A stretch of 34,292 nt of DNA from a virus: IMG/VR virus record IMGVR_UViG_3300044701_001886; one strand, 5' to 3'. The notes under the pieces were generated by a model. That model saw nothing but the letters and a program-made list of their open reading frames with translations, did no database searches and had not been told where the DNA came from. Below, piece by piece: positions 9,173 to 17,393 of this stretch (the stretch's first letter is position 1; every line of letters begins with the position of its first letter). A program made the translations under genes and the position numbers.

Positions 9173-10021
9173 TTATTTCTCAATAGTGGCAAAGCAGCCC
9201 CACACCTCCGGGGCAGTCGCAGCGGCAGGAATAAACATTATTCCAAGGCAAGCGTCCGGGTCAATAACCGGAATACCTGGCAGACCAGTCGTATAGTCGC
9301 GCCAACCAGACGTGCCCGCCGTGTCAACAGGAATCCACGCAAGCGGCTGCGCTAGAGTAATCCCGAAGTTGCCAGCCGCAGCAGTCGTCGCGGTAAGTGC
9401 AATTTTCTCGATAGCGCGAATGCCGTTATCGCCTGCCGCAAGCGGAATGCGTTGTGCGCGAGTGACTTCTCGGAAGTTTGTTGCGCCGATGTTGATGGTC
9501 GTTGTCCGGCCCGTGTTTCCAGCCTCATCCGTATAGGTCATCGTCAGGGTCGTGCTGGTCGTGCCGATGATCGTGTAAATCTCATACCACGCCATATTCC
9601 CCGCGCCCCCAGTGTTGCGGGTGATAGCTGGAGTCGGTGTTGCGCCTTGCACAGTCTGGTCAGCGGTAGAAGCAGCAGACAGCCCGCCAATGTGCATGAG
9701 CCTGTCGTATAGCAAGTAAACGCCAGCGGTAAGCGGCGTGACGTTTGCGCCGATCAGATGCAAATCGCGGCTTCCGCCCGGCGCGGTAAACGGTAGCGCG
9801 CCCGTGGTCGTGCGGTCAGGAATAGCGGCAGCGGTCGGCACTGCGCCACCGGCGGGCATGCCGTCGTATGTCCACAAGCTGCAACCTCGACCGATTACAG
9901 GCGTGGTTGCGGCAACCCCCGACACACGAGGCACCTTGTGGAAAAACAGGTTGTTCGGCGAGCCGTTTGAGCCACCAGACTGGCGGTGTATGAGGTCTGA
10001 TAAGTCAGTGATTGCGGCCAT
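9173..10021 (-). CDS. Structural-module protein, paralogue A (282 aa), function unknown
   Basis: See 8357..9166. Complete ORF lying 1 nt after the upstream stop. Confidence 0.6.
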   Translation of the reverse strand: MAAITDLSDLIHRQSGGSNGSPNNLFFHKVPRVSGVAATTPVIGRGCSLWTYDGMPAGGAVPTAAAIPDRTTTGALPFTAPGGSRDLHLIGANVTPLTAGVYLLYDRLMHIGGLSAASTADQTVQGATPTPAITRNTGGAGNMAWYEIYTIIGTTSTTLTMTYTDEAGNTGRTTTINIGATNFREVTRAQRIPLAAGDNGIRAIEKIALTATTAAAGNFGITLAQPLAWIPVDTAGTSGWRDYTTGLPGIPVIDPDACLGIMFIPAAATAPEVWGCFATIEK

Positions 10022-10022
10022 G

Positions 10023-10235
10023 TCAGTCGTTCAACCAGTTGATACCGCGCGAGATAGCATCGGCCTTGGCGCTAGCGATCAGTTCCGCGAGTGAGTCAAG
10101 ATTGCGACCAGACGAAAACACTAGGCCGCCAGTCAGCTTCGGGTAAATGATAAACGCGGGCTCTTCTACGTCGACGGTGACGCGCCAATCGTTGTTGTCG
10201 TAAACGACTCGCGGAGGAGAGAGCGTAATCTGCAT
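10023..10235 (-). CDS. Hypothetical protein (70 aa)
   Basis: Complete ORF tightly packed between neighbouring genes. No motif recognised. Confidence 0.5.
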   Translation of the reverse strand: MQITLSPPRVVYDNNDWRVTVDVEEPAFIIYPKLTGGLVFSSGRNLDSLAELIASAKADAISRGINWLND

Positions 10236-10236
10236 T

Positions 10237-10617
10237 TTATGCGCTATGCGTGATGGTGCCCGCCGTCCATTCGACGGTTTGCCCCGATGTGATAGTTGTT
10301 GACGGGCTGATGATGATATCGGTACCAGAAGTTCCGACAGTCAGGCCGGTCACTATGTCAACGTTAGAGCTATTGCGGAATCGAGCAATTGCGGCAGTTC
10401 CAGACGCGGCCGCCGTTGCGCTTTTTGTCAGCCCAGAAAACGACAGCACCGCACCCGATACCGTCCCACATGGATCATTACAGGTGAACGTGGCGAGCAC
10501 TGACGCGTAAGCCGCCGTGCATATTTCCAAAATTCCAGCGCCGGTTCCACTGTCGATATCATCTCGGACAGACGTCATCCGCGTGGTTTTTAGCGAAGTT
10601 CGATAATTAACCGCCAT
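10237..10617 (-). CDS. Conserved phage structural-module protein (126 aa), function unknown
   Basis: Pattern R..V.DDID.G...G.LEI ... ASGTAAIARFR.S....IV.GLTVGTSG.D resembles a family I have seen near phage head/fibre genes. Overlaps the portal 3' end by 11 nt. Confidence 0.5.
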   Translation of the reverse strand: MAVNYRTSLKTTRMTSVRDDIDSGTGAGILEICTAAYASVLATFTCNDPCGTVSGAVLSFSGLTKSATAAASGTAAIARFRNSSNVDIVTGLTVGTSGTDIIISPSTTITSGQTVEWTAGTITHSA

Positions 10618-12925
10618 TTGTTGGCCTCATCACGAATTGTTGCGCGCGTCCGTCGGAACCTCTAACAATATCTACTGCGATAGGCGGCTTTTTTTGTACT
10701 GTTTCAGCAAGCCGCGCAATTGCAATCTGCATTCCCTGTTGTTGCTCCAAAAGCTGCGCTAGCATAATTTCCTCAGGCTCCGGCCCCTTGTTTTCTTCTT
10801 CTTCCATGTTTTTATTCATGCGTTCGGCAAGGGCGCCGATTAGTGTCTTTACTGTCTCAATATCGGCCCCGGTTTGATCGCGTAGCGTTTGCGCCTGAGC
10901 CACTTCAGCTTCAATCCGAGCAACCTCAATTGAAGCGTTTGCTGATGCGTCCGCTTTGTACCGTTCGGTTTCTGCCTTGATGATCTCGGCGTTTGTCTTG
11001 TCCATCACTTGGGCTTGCTCGGTCTGCTGCTTTACTTGAGCCTCTTGCAGTTGGCCCTCAAGCTGCTGAACAATCTGCGCCGCTTGCTGCAACGCCTGCT
11101 CACGCTCCTGCAATGCGCCCTCAAGTTGCTGCATTGCCGCTTGCATCTGACCCATCATAGCTTCTGGATCGTTCTCCTCGCCTTCCGCGCCTTTGATCTC
11201 AGGCGGTACGGTTTTGGCCAGTCGATCCGCAATAGCTTGCGCGTTCGGCCAATTCTGGCCACGCACGTACAGGTCACCGATTACCGTCCACAGGTTCGGA
11301 TTGCCCGATAGAAGCTGAGTCATGGCCTCCGTCGACTCGGCGCGTAACGTGCCAAAGGACGGCCCGACGGAGACCGCAACGTCATACCGGCCCACGTTCA
11401 GATTGTAAATGCGCTTGATTGCGCCGGTTTCGTCTTGCACCCTGCGCATGGCTTCTGGTTGCTCAGGGTCGTGCATGACCACAGACGGCGTTTCATCGTC
11501 GCCCAATACCCGCAGAATGCGCTTCGTGTCGTAGATGCGCGGAATCAGGTCAACCAAAATGCGGCCGGTGTGCAAAATGCCGCGGCTCAGGTTGTCGAGG
11601 TAGTGATAGGTCGCCGTGTCGCCTTCGCGCTGCCGGGCCATAATGGCGCGGCCGCTGGTCTCGTTCGATGCGGCACCGAAGTTGGCAGCATGTTGGCCGG
11701 TGATCCACTGCAAATCTTGCGCGGCCGCTTGCATGGCCTGAACGTTGCCGGTCGGCACTTGGGGCGCGGGTTGCCGCTGAGGGGCGGGCAGGAACTGTCC
11801 ATTTAGCTCGACAGGCTCGTATTCCAGATAAGCTGGGTTCGTGGCATTGGCACGCGCCCAGCGTTGCTCTACGCCCTTGAATTGACCCTTTGCGCCGATG
11901 AATGGCGCCGTCTTTTGCAGGCTCAGCATCTCGACCATTGTCGAGACTTGGTAGTTATACATGCGCTGCGCATCGTAAGCGCGCTGCGTTAGTCCGGTGT
12001 AGAGGATTTTCCCGTCGACAACGGTTTCATTGCCAACGATCCGAACCAGCGGAATCCATCGACCCGGCCAGACGCGAGAGTCGGCAACGGAAGCCCCGGC
12101 GATCTTGAACCATTGAACCTCGCGCCGCTTGCTGGGTCGCTGGTCAATCACTTCTGCCGGGTTGCGCTCGCTTTTTGCAAATTCCTGCTCATCCATCACC
12201 GAACCATCGGCAAGCAAAAACAAGCGGGTTTTCTTCATCACAACGCGGTAATACTCGGCGCAGCGCACGCTATCAGGATTCCACCAGCCCAGATCGTCAG
12301 ACTGACCAGCCCAGTCGTCCGGGTTAATGTCCGGATACATTTCCGTGAACGTCTCGCGGTCGACGGAGTCCTCGACGAAAGCGTACATGGCGTCCGAGGC
12401 ATCCATCTCGCGGGCGTTCGGATCAAACGTGACGGAGATCGGGTCGAGGATGCGCTTTAGCCGGATGTCCTGCTCGAATGCGTTCTCGTCGGCATACTCG
12501 GTCAGCACACGCCAGACGCCAATTCCTGCGGCAACTTGTGGGAAGCTGGCCGTTTCGTAAACCATCGGCGCATTGCTCAGGTGCTCGATGTTCCGAATGA
12601 CGCCATTGAGAATCTCGGCAGTTTTAACGTCTGCCCTATCGTCGACTGGGTTGCATTTAATCGCAGGCTTCGACTGCCGCTGATCGTTAACAATCTGATT
12701 AATGTGCGTGCCCAGCCGGTCCATCGTAAGACACGGCCTATTCTGCGACTCGCGGGCTTGCTTTAGCCTATCGTCCCACTGATTCCCGGCAGCAAACCGC
12801 ATCGCCTCGCGGAAGCTCTCGCGGTTTTTTGATGCGGCGTCAGACGCCACGCGATAGCGCTTACGCGCTTCGGCAACGATATCGGCGTCTTTTACGCCCT
12901 GCGGTTTACCGGTGTTTTCAATCAT
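10607..12925 (-). CDS. Portal protein, P22 gp1-like, with a long C-terminal coiled-coil (772 aa)
   Basis: Size and position after terL. N-terminal motif AAGNQWDD...RPCLTMDRLGTHINQIVND. C-terminal heptad-rich Q/E/A region of about 150 aa, as in the P22 portal barrel. Confidence 0.8.
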   Translation of the reverse strand: MIENTGKPQGVKDADIVAEARKRYRVASDAASKNRESFREAMRFAAGNQWDDRLKQARESQNRPCLTMDRLGTHINQIVNDQRQSKPAIKCNPVDDRADVKTAEILNGVIRNIEHLSNAPMVYETASFPQVAAGIGVWRVLTEYADENAFEQDIRLKRILDPISVTFDPNAREMDASDAMYAFVEDSVDRETFTEMYPDINPDDWAGQSDDLGWWNPDSVRCAEYYRVVMKKTRLFLLADGSVMDEQEFAKSERNPAEVIDQRPSKRREVQWFKIAGASVADSRVWPGRWIPLVRIVGNETVVDGKILYTGLTQRAYDAQRMYNYQVSTMVEMLSLQKTAPFIGAKGQFKGVEQRWARANATNPAYLEYEPVELNGQFLPAPQRQPAPQVPTGNVQAMQAAAQDLQWITGQHAANFGAASNETSGRAIMARQREGDTATYHYLDNLSRGILHTGRILVDLIPRIYDTKRILRVLGDDETPSVVMHDPEQPEAMRRVQDETGAIKRIYNLNVGRYDVAVSVGPSFGTLRAESTEAMTQLLSGNPNLWTVIGDLYVRGQNWPNAQAIADRLAKTVPPEIKGAEGEENDPEAMMGQMQAAMQQLEGALQEREQALQQAAQIVQQLEGQLQEAQVKQQTEQAQVMDKTNAEIIKAETERYKADASANASIEVARIEAEVAQAQTLRDQTGADIETVKTLIGALAERMNKNMEEEENKGPEPEEIMLAQLLEQQQGMQIAIARLAETVQKKPPIAVDIVRGSDGRAQQFVMRPTNGG

Positions 12926-12959
12926 CCCGACTTAATAGCGCGATTCTGTTTACTATTGT

Positions 12960-12973
12960 GGCGGTTTATCGCC
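12960..12973 (-). promoter_or_regulatory. Conserved dyad GGCGATAAACCGCC abutting a stop codon, site C
   Basis: Plus strand ggcggtttatcgcc. Same geometry relative to the TAG (12973-12975) as site A. Confidence 0.5.
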
Positions 12974-13191
12974 TAAAGACAGTTTGCAGCCTTCCACGCG
13001 GGCTTTGGTTCTTTCTGGTGGCACACAATCCGCGAGTGCAGGCTGATTAGTTGCGCCCCTGCCGGATAAAGCGGCGTCCCGCCAGCGTTGAACCAATGCC
13101 GCACGGTTGAGCGTGAAACGTTCAAATGCGTCGCCACCTTAGACGGCCCCCATCCGTGCTTGCGAAGTTCCAGCCCGATCTCAGCCCACAT
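12973..13191 (-). CDS. Small helix-turn-helix protein (72 aa from the ATG at 13191; 78 aa if from 13209)
   Basis: Fills the 268-bp terL-portal gap. HTH-like segment PSKVATHLNVSRSTVRHWFNAG. The ATG at 13191 is 2 nt after the terL stop. Confidence 0.5.
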   Translation of the reverse strand: MWAEIGLELRKHGWGPSKVATHLNVSRSTVRHWFNAGGTPLYPAGAQLISLHSRIVCHQKEPKPAWKAANCL

Positions 13192-13193
13192 TG

Positions 13194-14549
13194 TCAAGCC
13201 GCCATCCATCCCGAACCCCCATACATTGCGCCGTAGTCGGTTTCTTCTTCTGTTTTGTCTGTATCTTGTGGCTTTGTCATGCCAGGGAATAGCTCGGTCA
13301 GCGCCCAGACCAGCGCATCGGCCCGATTAGGTGATCCGGTTCCGGTGTAGCCAAACGTCGAGAACCCGCACAATTCCTCCTCAAGCTCGGGGAACAGGCC
13401 CACATGCCTTACTTTGCCCTGCTCGTACAAAGCGCTTACAGGCTCGGCACGGACAGACTTGCCACGGCTGGCGGTAACCTTCTTAAACGGCGTGCGCGGC
13501 CTCGATGTCTGGATCGTGTGCCGCACCATGTCCCCGCCAAAATTTCCCTCTCCAACTACGCAGTCAGCCCGATGCCGGTCAAATGCCGATGTAGCAACGC
13601 GCCCCCATGCGGCCGGACCGGCCTTGATCGTGCAATCCTCAAGGATGTACGCATTGCCGTCGACGCCTAGAGCGGCCACCACAATGCCAATCGCGTCGTT
13701 ATCTGCGTTGTCGCTATCACCCGCGCCTGACGGATCAACCGCAACCACCACGCGCACAAAGTCCGGCACACGGCCATCGAGTACGCGCCATTTCTCAATA
13801 TCTTCATCGTGGAATAACGCAGATGGGTTAGCGTCCGCCCATTCGCCACGCAAAAAGCGCTTTTGCTGGCGCTGGCTCATGCCCCGTAGTGTTTCGATGT
13901 ACGCGCCCGACAGGTTTTGCGCGTTGTCCTCGGGGTTCAGCCGGAACCAAGCGTAGTCGTCGGGATGATTAAGCGCGATCTTTGTTTCCGGGTCGCGCTT
14001 TTCGTGAAACAGGCGATAGGCCCAGTGGTTTTTGTTCGTCGGATTTAGGTCATAGTAAAAACGCAGCGGCAGCGGCTTGCGCGTTCCGGCCACTTCCTGA
14101 TCGACTTTCTGCGCCAGTCGAGTCAGTGCCATGTCGCGGGAGCGCCACGGGATTTGCGAGACTTCGTTCAGGTACAGCGTTGAGAACTCTTGGCCTAGAA
14201 CTTTCTCGGTTCTATCTTTGTCATCCAGCCCGCCGAACCAGATCTGCGAACCGTTCGGGAACTGCGCAAACCAGTCAGTTCGGTTGATCTCCGCTTTCAC
14301 CTGCGGAAAACACGTTTCCATCACTTTCGGGAAAGTGTCGGAAATAATCGAGGCCTTGATGTGGTTGAACCGGAACCGGAAGATCGCGTGGCGCGATTTC
14401 TGGGCTTTGATCGCCCGCATACAGACGGCACGGGTCAGCAGGAACGTTTTCCCGGAGCGACTGCCGCCCTCTAGCAGAATGTGCGTCGAGTTCCCGGCAA
14501 GGATCGACTGCGCTTCTAGCTGGCGGGCGGTGAGGGTCATACTCGCCAC
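13194..14549 (-). CDS. terL: Terminase large subunit (451 aa)
   Basis: Walker A LLEGGSRSGKTF, Walker B-like STLYLNEVS, and a C-terminal nuclease-type VVAVDPSGAGD. Precedes portal. Confidence 0.85.
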   Translation of the reverse strand: MASMTLTARQLEAQSILAGNSTHILLEGGSRSGKTFLLTRAVCMRAIKAQKSRHAIFRFRFNHIKASIISDTFPKVMETCFPQVKAEINRTDWFAQFPNGSQIWFGGLDDKDRTEKVLGQEFSTLYLNEVSQIPWRSRDMALTRLAQKVDQEVAGTRKPLPLRFYYDLNPTNKNHWAYRLFHEKRDPETKIALNHPDDYAWFRLNPEDNAQNLSGAYIETLRGMSQRQQKRFLRGEWADANPSALFHDEDIEKWRVLDGRVPDFVRVVVAVDPSGAGDSDNADNDAIGIVVAALGVDGNAYILEDCTIKAGPAAWGRVATSAFDRHRADCVVGEGNFGGDMVRHTIQTSRPRTPFKKVTASRGKSVRAEPVSALYEQGKVRHVGLFPELEEELCGFSTFGYTGTGSPNRADALVWALTELFPGMTKPQDTDKTEEETDYGAMYGGSGWMAA

Positions 14550-14679
14550 ACAATATGCAGCAACGCAACGCGAACACAGACTGCAAATCCGCGCACGTTT
14601 ACACCCATGAGATTGTCATAGTGTTTGATAAAACAAGCGTGCGGCGTAGCAACATTCAATCCAAACTCAAGCGTGATCC

Positions 14680-15012
14680 TCATAACGCATCATCCCCGGA
14701 TGCCGCTTGCACAATAATCGCGCCCCCGTCTTTGCCTGTGTGCTCAGTACGCGCCAGCTTTGGAACGTGGTATTCGAGGATTTCTTGCACGCACTTAAAC
14801 GCCACCAGCGGCCCGTGCTTTGGGTCTTCTGCAATCTCGTCTAGCCAGCCTTGCAGCCGTTCCACGTTGCCGTCGACGAACCGTGCAATTGACTCTCGCG
14901 CGGCCACTGTGCTTTTGTTCGGCACGCCCTTAATCCGACCAGGCCCGGGCAAACCCTCGCCAATTCGTTTCTGTTGCGTTTTTGTAACACTTTCCTCTGT
15001 GTTTTCACTCAT
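14680..15012 (-). CDS. Putative terminase small subunit / DNA-binding packaging protein (110 aa)
   Basis: Immediately upstream of terL. Basic N-terminus with GPGRIKGVPNKST, typical of small phage DNA-binding packaging proteins. AAGGA Shine-Dalgarno sequence. Confidence 0.45.
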   Translation of the reverse strand: MSENTEESVTKTQQKRIGEGLPGPGRIKGVPNKSTVAARESIARFVDGNVERLQGWLDEIAEDPKHGPLVAFKCVQEILEYHVPKLARTEHTGKDGGAIIVQAASGDDAL

Positions 15013-15081
15013 GGCAATTTCCTTCGATTTTTGCCCCGTGCATTACATGCCAATTTAACTCGTTGCGCTTTGGCGTTGCGG

Positions 15082-15300
15082 TCATTCCATCAAACCTTTC
15101 GCAAAGTCAATCTTGAGAGTAACGCGCGCCAGTCGGCGCAATTCGTCCTCGTCATCCGGGCAGAACACCCGCGCCTCCATCCCGCACCGCATCATTCTCT
15201 CGGATAGTTGCTCATCCGTTGCCGAGAACTTCAGCCCCGCGCGGGCAATCACGGCGTCTGCGGCGCGTTCCTGTTCAAGCAATGCGTCAGCGTGCTTCAT
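15082..15300 (-). CDS. Hypothetical protein (72 aa)
   Basis: Complete ORF with an ATGA overlap to the upstream gene. Confidence 0.45.
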   Translation of the reverse strand: MKHADALLEQERAADAVIARAGLKFSATDEQLSERMMRCGMEARVFCPDDEDELRRLARVTLKIDFAKGLME

Positions 15301-15632
15301 CTCGGCCGCCTGACCATGAGGACGTGCGGGGTTCCGTCATCGGCTTCCCGCTGCATGACTTTGAACCCAAAGCGGCGATAGAAACCCTCAAGCGCGTCTG
15401 CGTCCATCGGCTCATCGTCGAACGGTTTCGGACTGAGCATCAGGAACGTCTGCGTTTCATCCGCGTTTACGCAAACCTCGCAAAGCAGCCAGCGTGCGTC
15501 CCCCATCTTTCGCCGTTCGGGCTTCGTGTAAACCCGCGTTATCTCGATTAGGTTCGCTTCCGGCGGCAATCCGTCTATCTCGGGCCGACTCAGCATCAGG
15601 CTCGCGCCTTCGTGTGTCCGCGTTTCGGTCAT
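15297..15632 (-). CDS. Minimal GNAT-like acetyltransferase (111 aa from the ATG at 15632)
   Basis: RVYTKPERRKMGDARWLLCEVC resembles GNAT motif A, and LEGFYRRFGFKV resembles motif B. ATGA overlap with the upstream stop. Confidence 0.4.
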   Translation of the reverse strand: MTETRTHEGASLMLSRPEIDGLPPEANLIEITRVYTKPERRKMGDARWLLCEVCVNADETQTFLMLSPKPFDDEPMDADALEGFYRRFGFKVMQREADDGTPHVLMVRRPR

Positions 15633-15916
15633 GCCGTCACTCCTGTCGCCCTCAATGCCTCGTCTACGGTCTCCACCACAACGGCGGAGCCTCGCCACCC
15701 ATGCAGCCAGCGCAGTTCATCCGGCGTCAGATCGCGCGCGCTGCGTGGCTTGTTGCCGTCTTTCACTTCTAGCAGGTAATTCACGCCTGCCCGCCCCACT
15801 AGCAAATCCGGCACACCTTTACCAACGGCGGCAAGCGATTGAACCGTACAGCCGCACTTGCGCAGCGCGGCCACGATCTCGGCATGATTATCGTCAACCC
15901 TTGCCGCTCGTCTCAT
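15629..15916 (-). CDS. PD-(D/E)xK nuclease, VRR-NUC / resolvase-like (95 aa)
   Basis: DDNHAEIVAALRKCGC...GVPDLLV...NYLLEVK fits the D...(D/E)xK restriction-fold motif of small phage nucleases. Confidence 0.5.
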   Translation of the reverse strand: MRRAARVDDNHAEIVAALRKCGCTVQSLAAVGKGVPDLLVGRAGVNYLLEVKDGNKPRSARDLTPDELRWLHGWRGSAVVVETVDEALRATGVTA

Positions 15917-16079
15917 TCAGTTTCCGTGCCGCAGCAATAATATCGGGATGCGTCCGAGCAATGTGCGCCTTCATGGACTCCCGTGCCGTTTTTGGTGCGC
16001 TCATCAGCAAGCGACGCACACAAACGGCACAGGTCAGCAAGTACAAGCCGGATTGCTTCACACAAGCCGGGCATGTCAC
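15894..16079 (-). CDS. Small four-Cys zinc-ribbon-like protein (61 aa)
   Basis: CPAC...x11...CAVC. ATGA overlap with the upstream gene. Confidence 0.45.
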   Translation of the reverse strand: MTCPACVKQSGLYLLTCAVCVRRLLMSAPKTARESMKAHIARTHPDIIAAARKLNETSGKG

Positions 16080-16642
16080 GCACTCGCCTCAGCCTGGATT
16101 GCCTCACGCTCTAAGCGGGCCTCGATCTGGTCTTCGGTTTCCGGGCTAATGCGCAAATTTTCCTTCAACGCTGCCCGCCAGTTTTCTTTCGCAACTGGAG
16201 GCAGGTTTACCCCAACTTCCTCAATGTCTTTTAGACGATATGCCCATGCCTTTGGGGTCGGTTTCGTCCTGCGCTTAAGCTCATCTAGCGAGCGCTTAAA
16301 CTCGGCATATGCCGGAGTCATTCCGCCCGCTTCGGGTTTCCAGTGCCCCGGTTTTTGCAGCGCCTTTGCCGCGTCACGTTCGGCCGTCTGTTCCGCAGAT
16401 GCTGCGCGCTCCCTGCGCCCGGTTGCAGACTCCCTCGCAAGCTTCAGCACTTCGGCAGGAAGTGGCATCTTTGCGTGGCTTTTAGGCCAATCCGTTAGCA
16501 CGGCAACAACGTCGATCCGCTCGCATTCGGCCAGCGCATCACCCCAAACGAGCAAACCTGCGGCGGACGGGGCCTTGCCACCTAGCGCATCAGCAAGCTG
16601 CGCGAGTCGTTGCGAAAGTTCAGATAGCTCATGCTTTTGCAT
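16076..16642 (-). CDS. Hypothetical protein (188 aa), possible replication accessory protein by position
   Basis: Follows the DUF1376-type replication gene, the position of lambda P. No motif recognised. Confidence 0.45.
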   Translation of the reverse strand: MQKHELSELSQRLAQLADALGGKAPSAAGLLVWGDALAECERIDVVAVLTDWPKSHAKMPLPAEVLKLARESATGRRERAASAEQTAERDAAKALQKPGHWKPEAGGMTPAYAEFKRSLDELKRRTKPTPKAWAYRLKDIEEVGVNLPPVAKENWRAALKENLRISPETEDQIEARLEREAIQAEASA

Positions 16643-17393
16643 CGCGTTCCTCCATCATCCGCAGCGCTTTTTCAGCCTCGGCGGCAGGGTCATAGGCCGA
16701 TTGCGGCCTGCTCTCAGGTTCGGCTAGCCAGCGGTCTAGAACGGCGTAAACGTAGGCTGGTGGGATGCGTGCACCCGGACCCTTAACCCGCTTCGCTTCC
16801 TCGGCTGCGGCAGCGGCTAAAGCGGGCGTAATTCCGCCCTTTGCCAAAGCGAGTAATCGCGGCTCCATGGGGTTCGATTGTATCCCCTTTTCCCGTAGCG
16901 CGCGCGAAATTTCACCGGCCGCTCCTATGCGCGCTTTTTCTTGGTCTTGGTCTTGGTCTTGGTCTTGGTCTTGGTCTTGGTAGCATTGCCTTCGCATTGC
17001 GTCGGCACTGCGTTCGCTATGCGTTCGCATTGCGTTTGCATCAGGTTCGCTCTGCAATTGCTTTGCCGTTTGCAATGCTGCCCATCGTCCGGCAGCACTG
17101 CGCGAAGCCTTCGCGCGCTTATCGTTATGCACTGCGATTTCAGCATCGCAGCGAGCGTGCCGCCACCCTTCATCGGTAAGCGTGAAGAATTCGGTTAGCA
17201 CGCTTTCAACCGCAGAGCGCTCCTCTTTCGTTTGAGCCCTGACCAATCGGCAAGCCTGTTTCATGTCTGCCGGTATAGGGCTTTCCCGCGTGTAGTAAAT
17301 ATCCAACAGTCTCCGATAGGCAGAGTCCTCGATCATTGAAAGGTGCGCGGTAGCGCTTGTGTAATCTCCTATGTGGAATGGGTAGAAGTTCAC
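16629..17393 (-). CDS. DUF1376 (YdaU-type) replication-associated protein with an internal QD repeat (254 aa)
   Basis: The N-terminus MNFYPFHIGDYTSATAHLSMIEDSAYRRLLDIYY is the DUF1376 signature. ATGA overlap with the MTase gene. Confidence 0.6.
   Translation of the reverse strand: MNFYPFHIGDYTSATAHLSMIEDSAYRRLLDIYYTRESPIPADMKQACRLVRAQTKEERSAVESVLTEFFTLTDEGWRHARCDAEIAVHNDKRAKASRSAAGRWAALQTAKQLQSEPDANAMRTHSERSADAMRRQCYQDQDQDQDQDQDQEKARIGAAGEISRALREKGIQSNPMEPRLLALAKGGITPALAAAAAEEAKRVKGPGARIPPAYVYAVLDRWLAEPESRPQSAYDPAAEAEKALRMMEERDAKA
16940..16981. repeat. (CTTGGT)x7 hexanucleotide repeat, encoding (QD)n on the minus strand
   Basis: Seven perfect units counted in the sequence. Lies in the linker of the DUF1376 gene. 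Confidence 0.9.
16981..17079. repeat. About nine tandem degenerate 11-mers (consensus TCGCATTGCGT), candidate origin iterons
   Basis: Units: tagcattgcct / tcgcattgcgt / cggcactgcgt / tcgctatgcgt / tcgcattgcgt / ttgcatcaggt / tcgctctgcaa / ttgctttgccg / tttgcaatgct. The 11-bp period is not a multiple of 3. Confidence 0.5.

Noticed and set aside
8357-10021. Diversity-generating retroelement (TR/VR pair), as in BPP-1-like phages
   Set aside because: There is no reverse transcriptase anywhere in the genome. The paralogues differ at all base types and across their whole length, not at adenine-specific positions in a short VR.
13414-13956. 180-aa plus-strand ORF inside terL
   Set aside because: It is antisense to a gene with clear terminase motifs, and its composition is typical of a mirror frame.
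14550-14679. Unusually long (130-bp) terS-terL spacer, with one iteron-like 11-mer (ACGCAACGCGA, 14563-14573) and an 8-bp direct repeat CAAGCGTG (14634, 14667)
   Set aside because: Single short GC-rich matches of this kind occur elsewhere in the genome by chance. No ORF, strong hairpin or repeat array supports a pac site or ncRNA call.
15038-15053. Sigma54-like TGGCAT...TGCA element upstream of terS (minus strand)
   Set aside because: GG and GC are separated by 8 nt rather than the required 10. No activator is recognised.
15948-16727. 259-aa plus-strand ORF antisense to genes 16076..16642 and 15894..16079
   Set aside because: It is a Ser/Ala/Arg-rich mirror-frame product. The minus-strand genes are translationally coupled and fit the operon.
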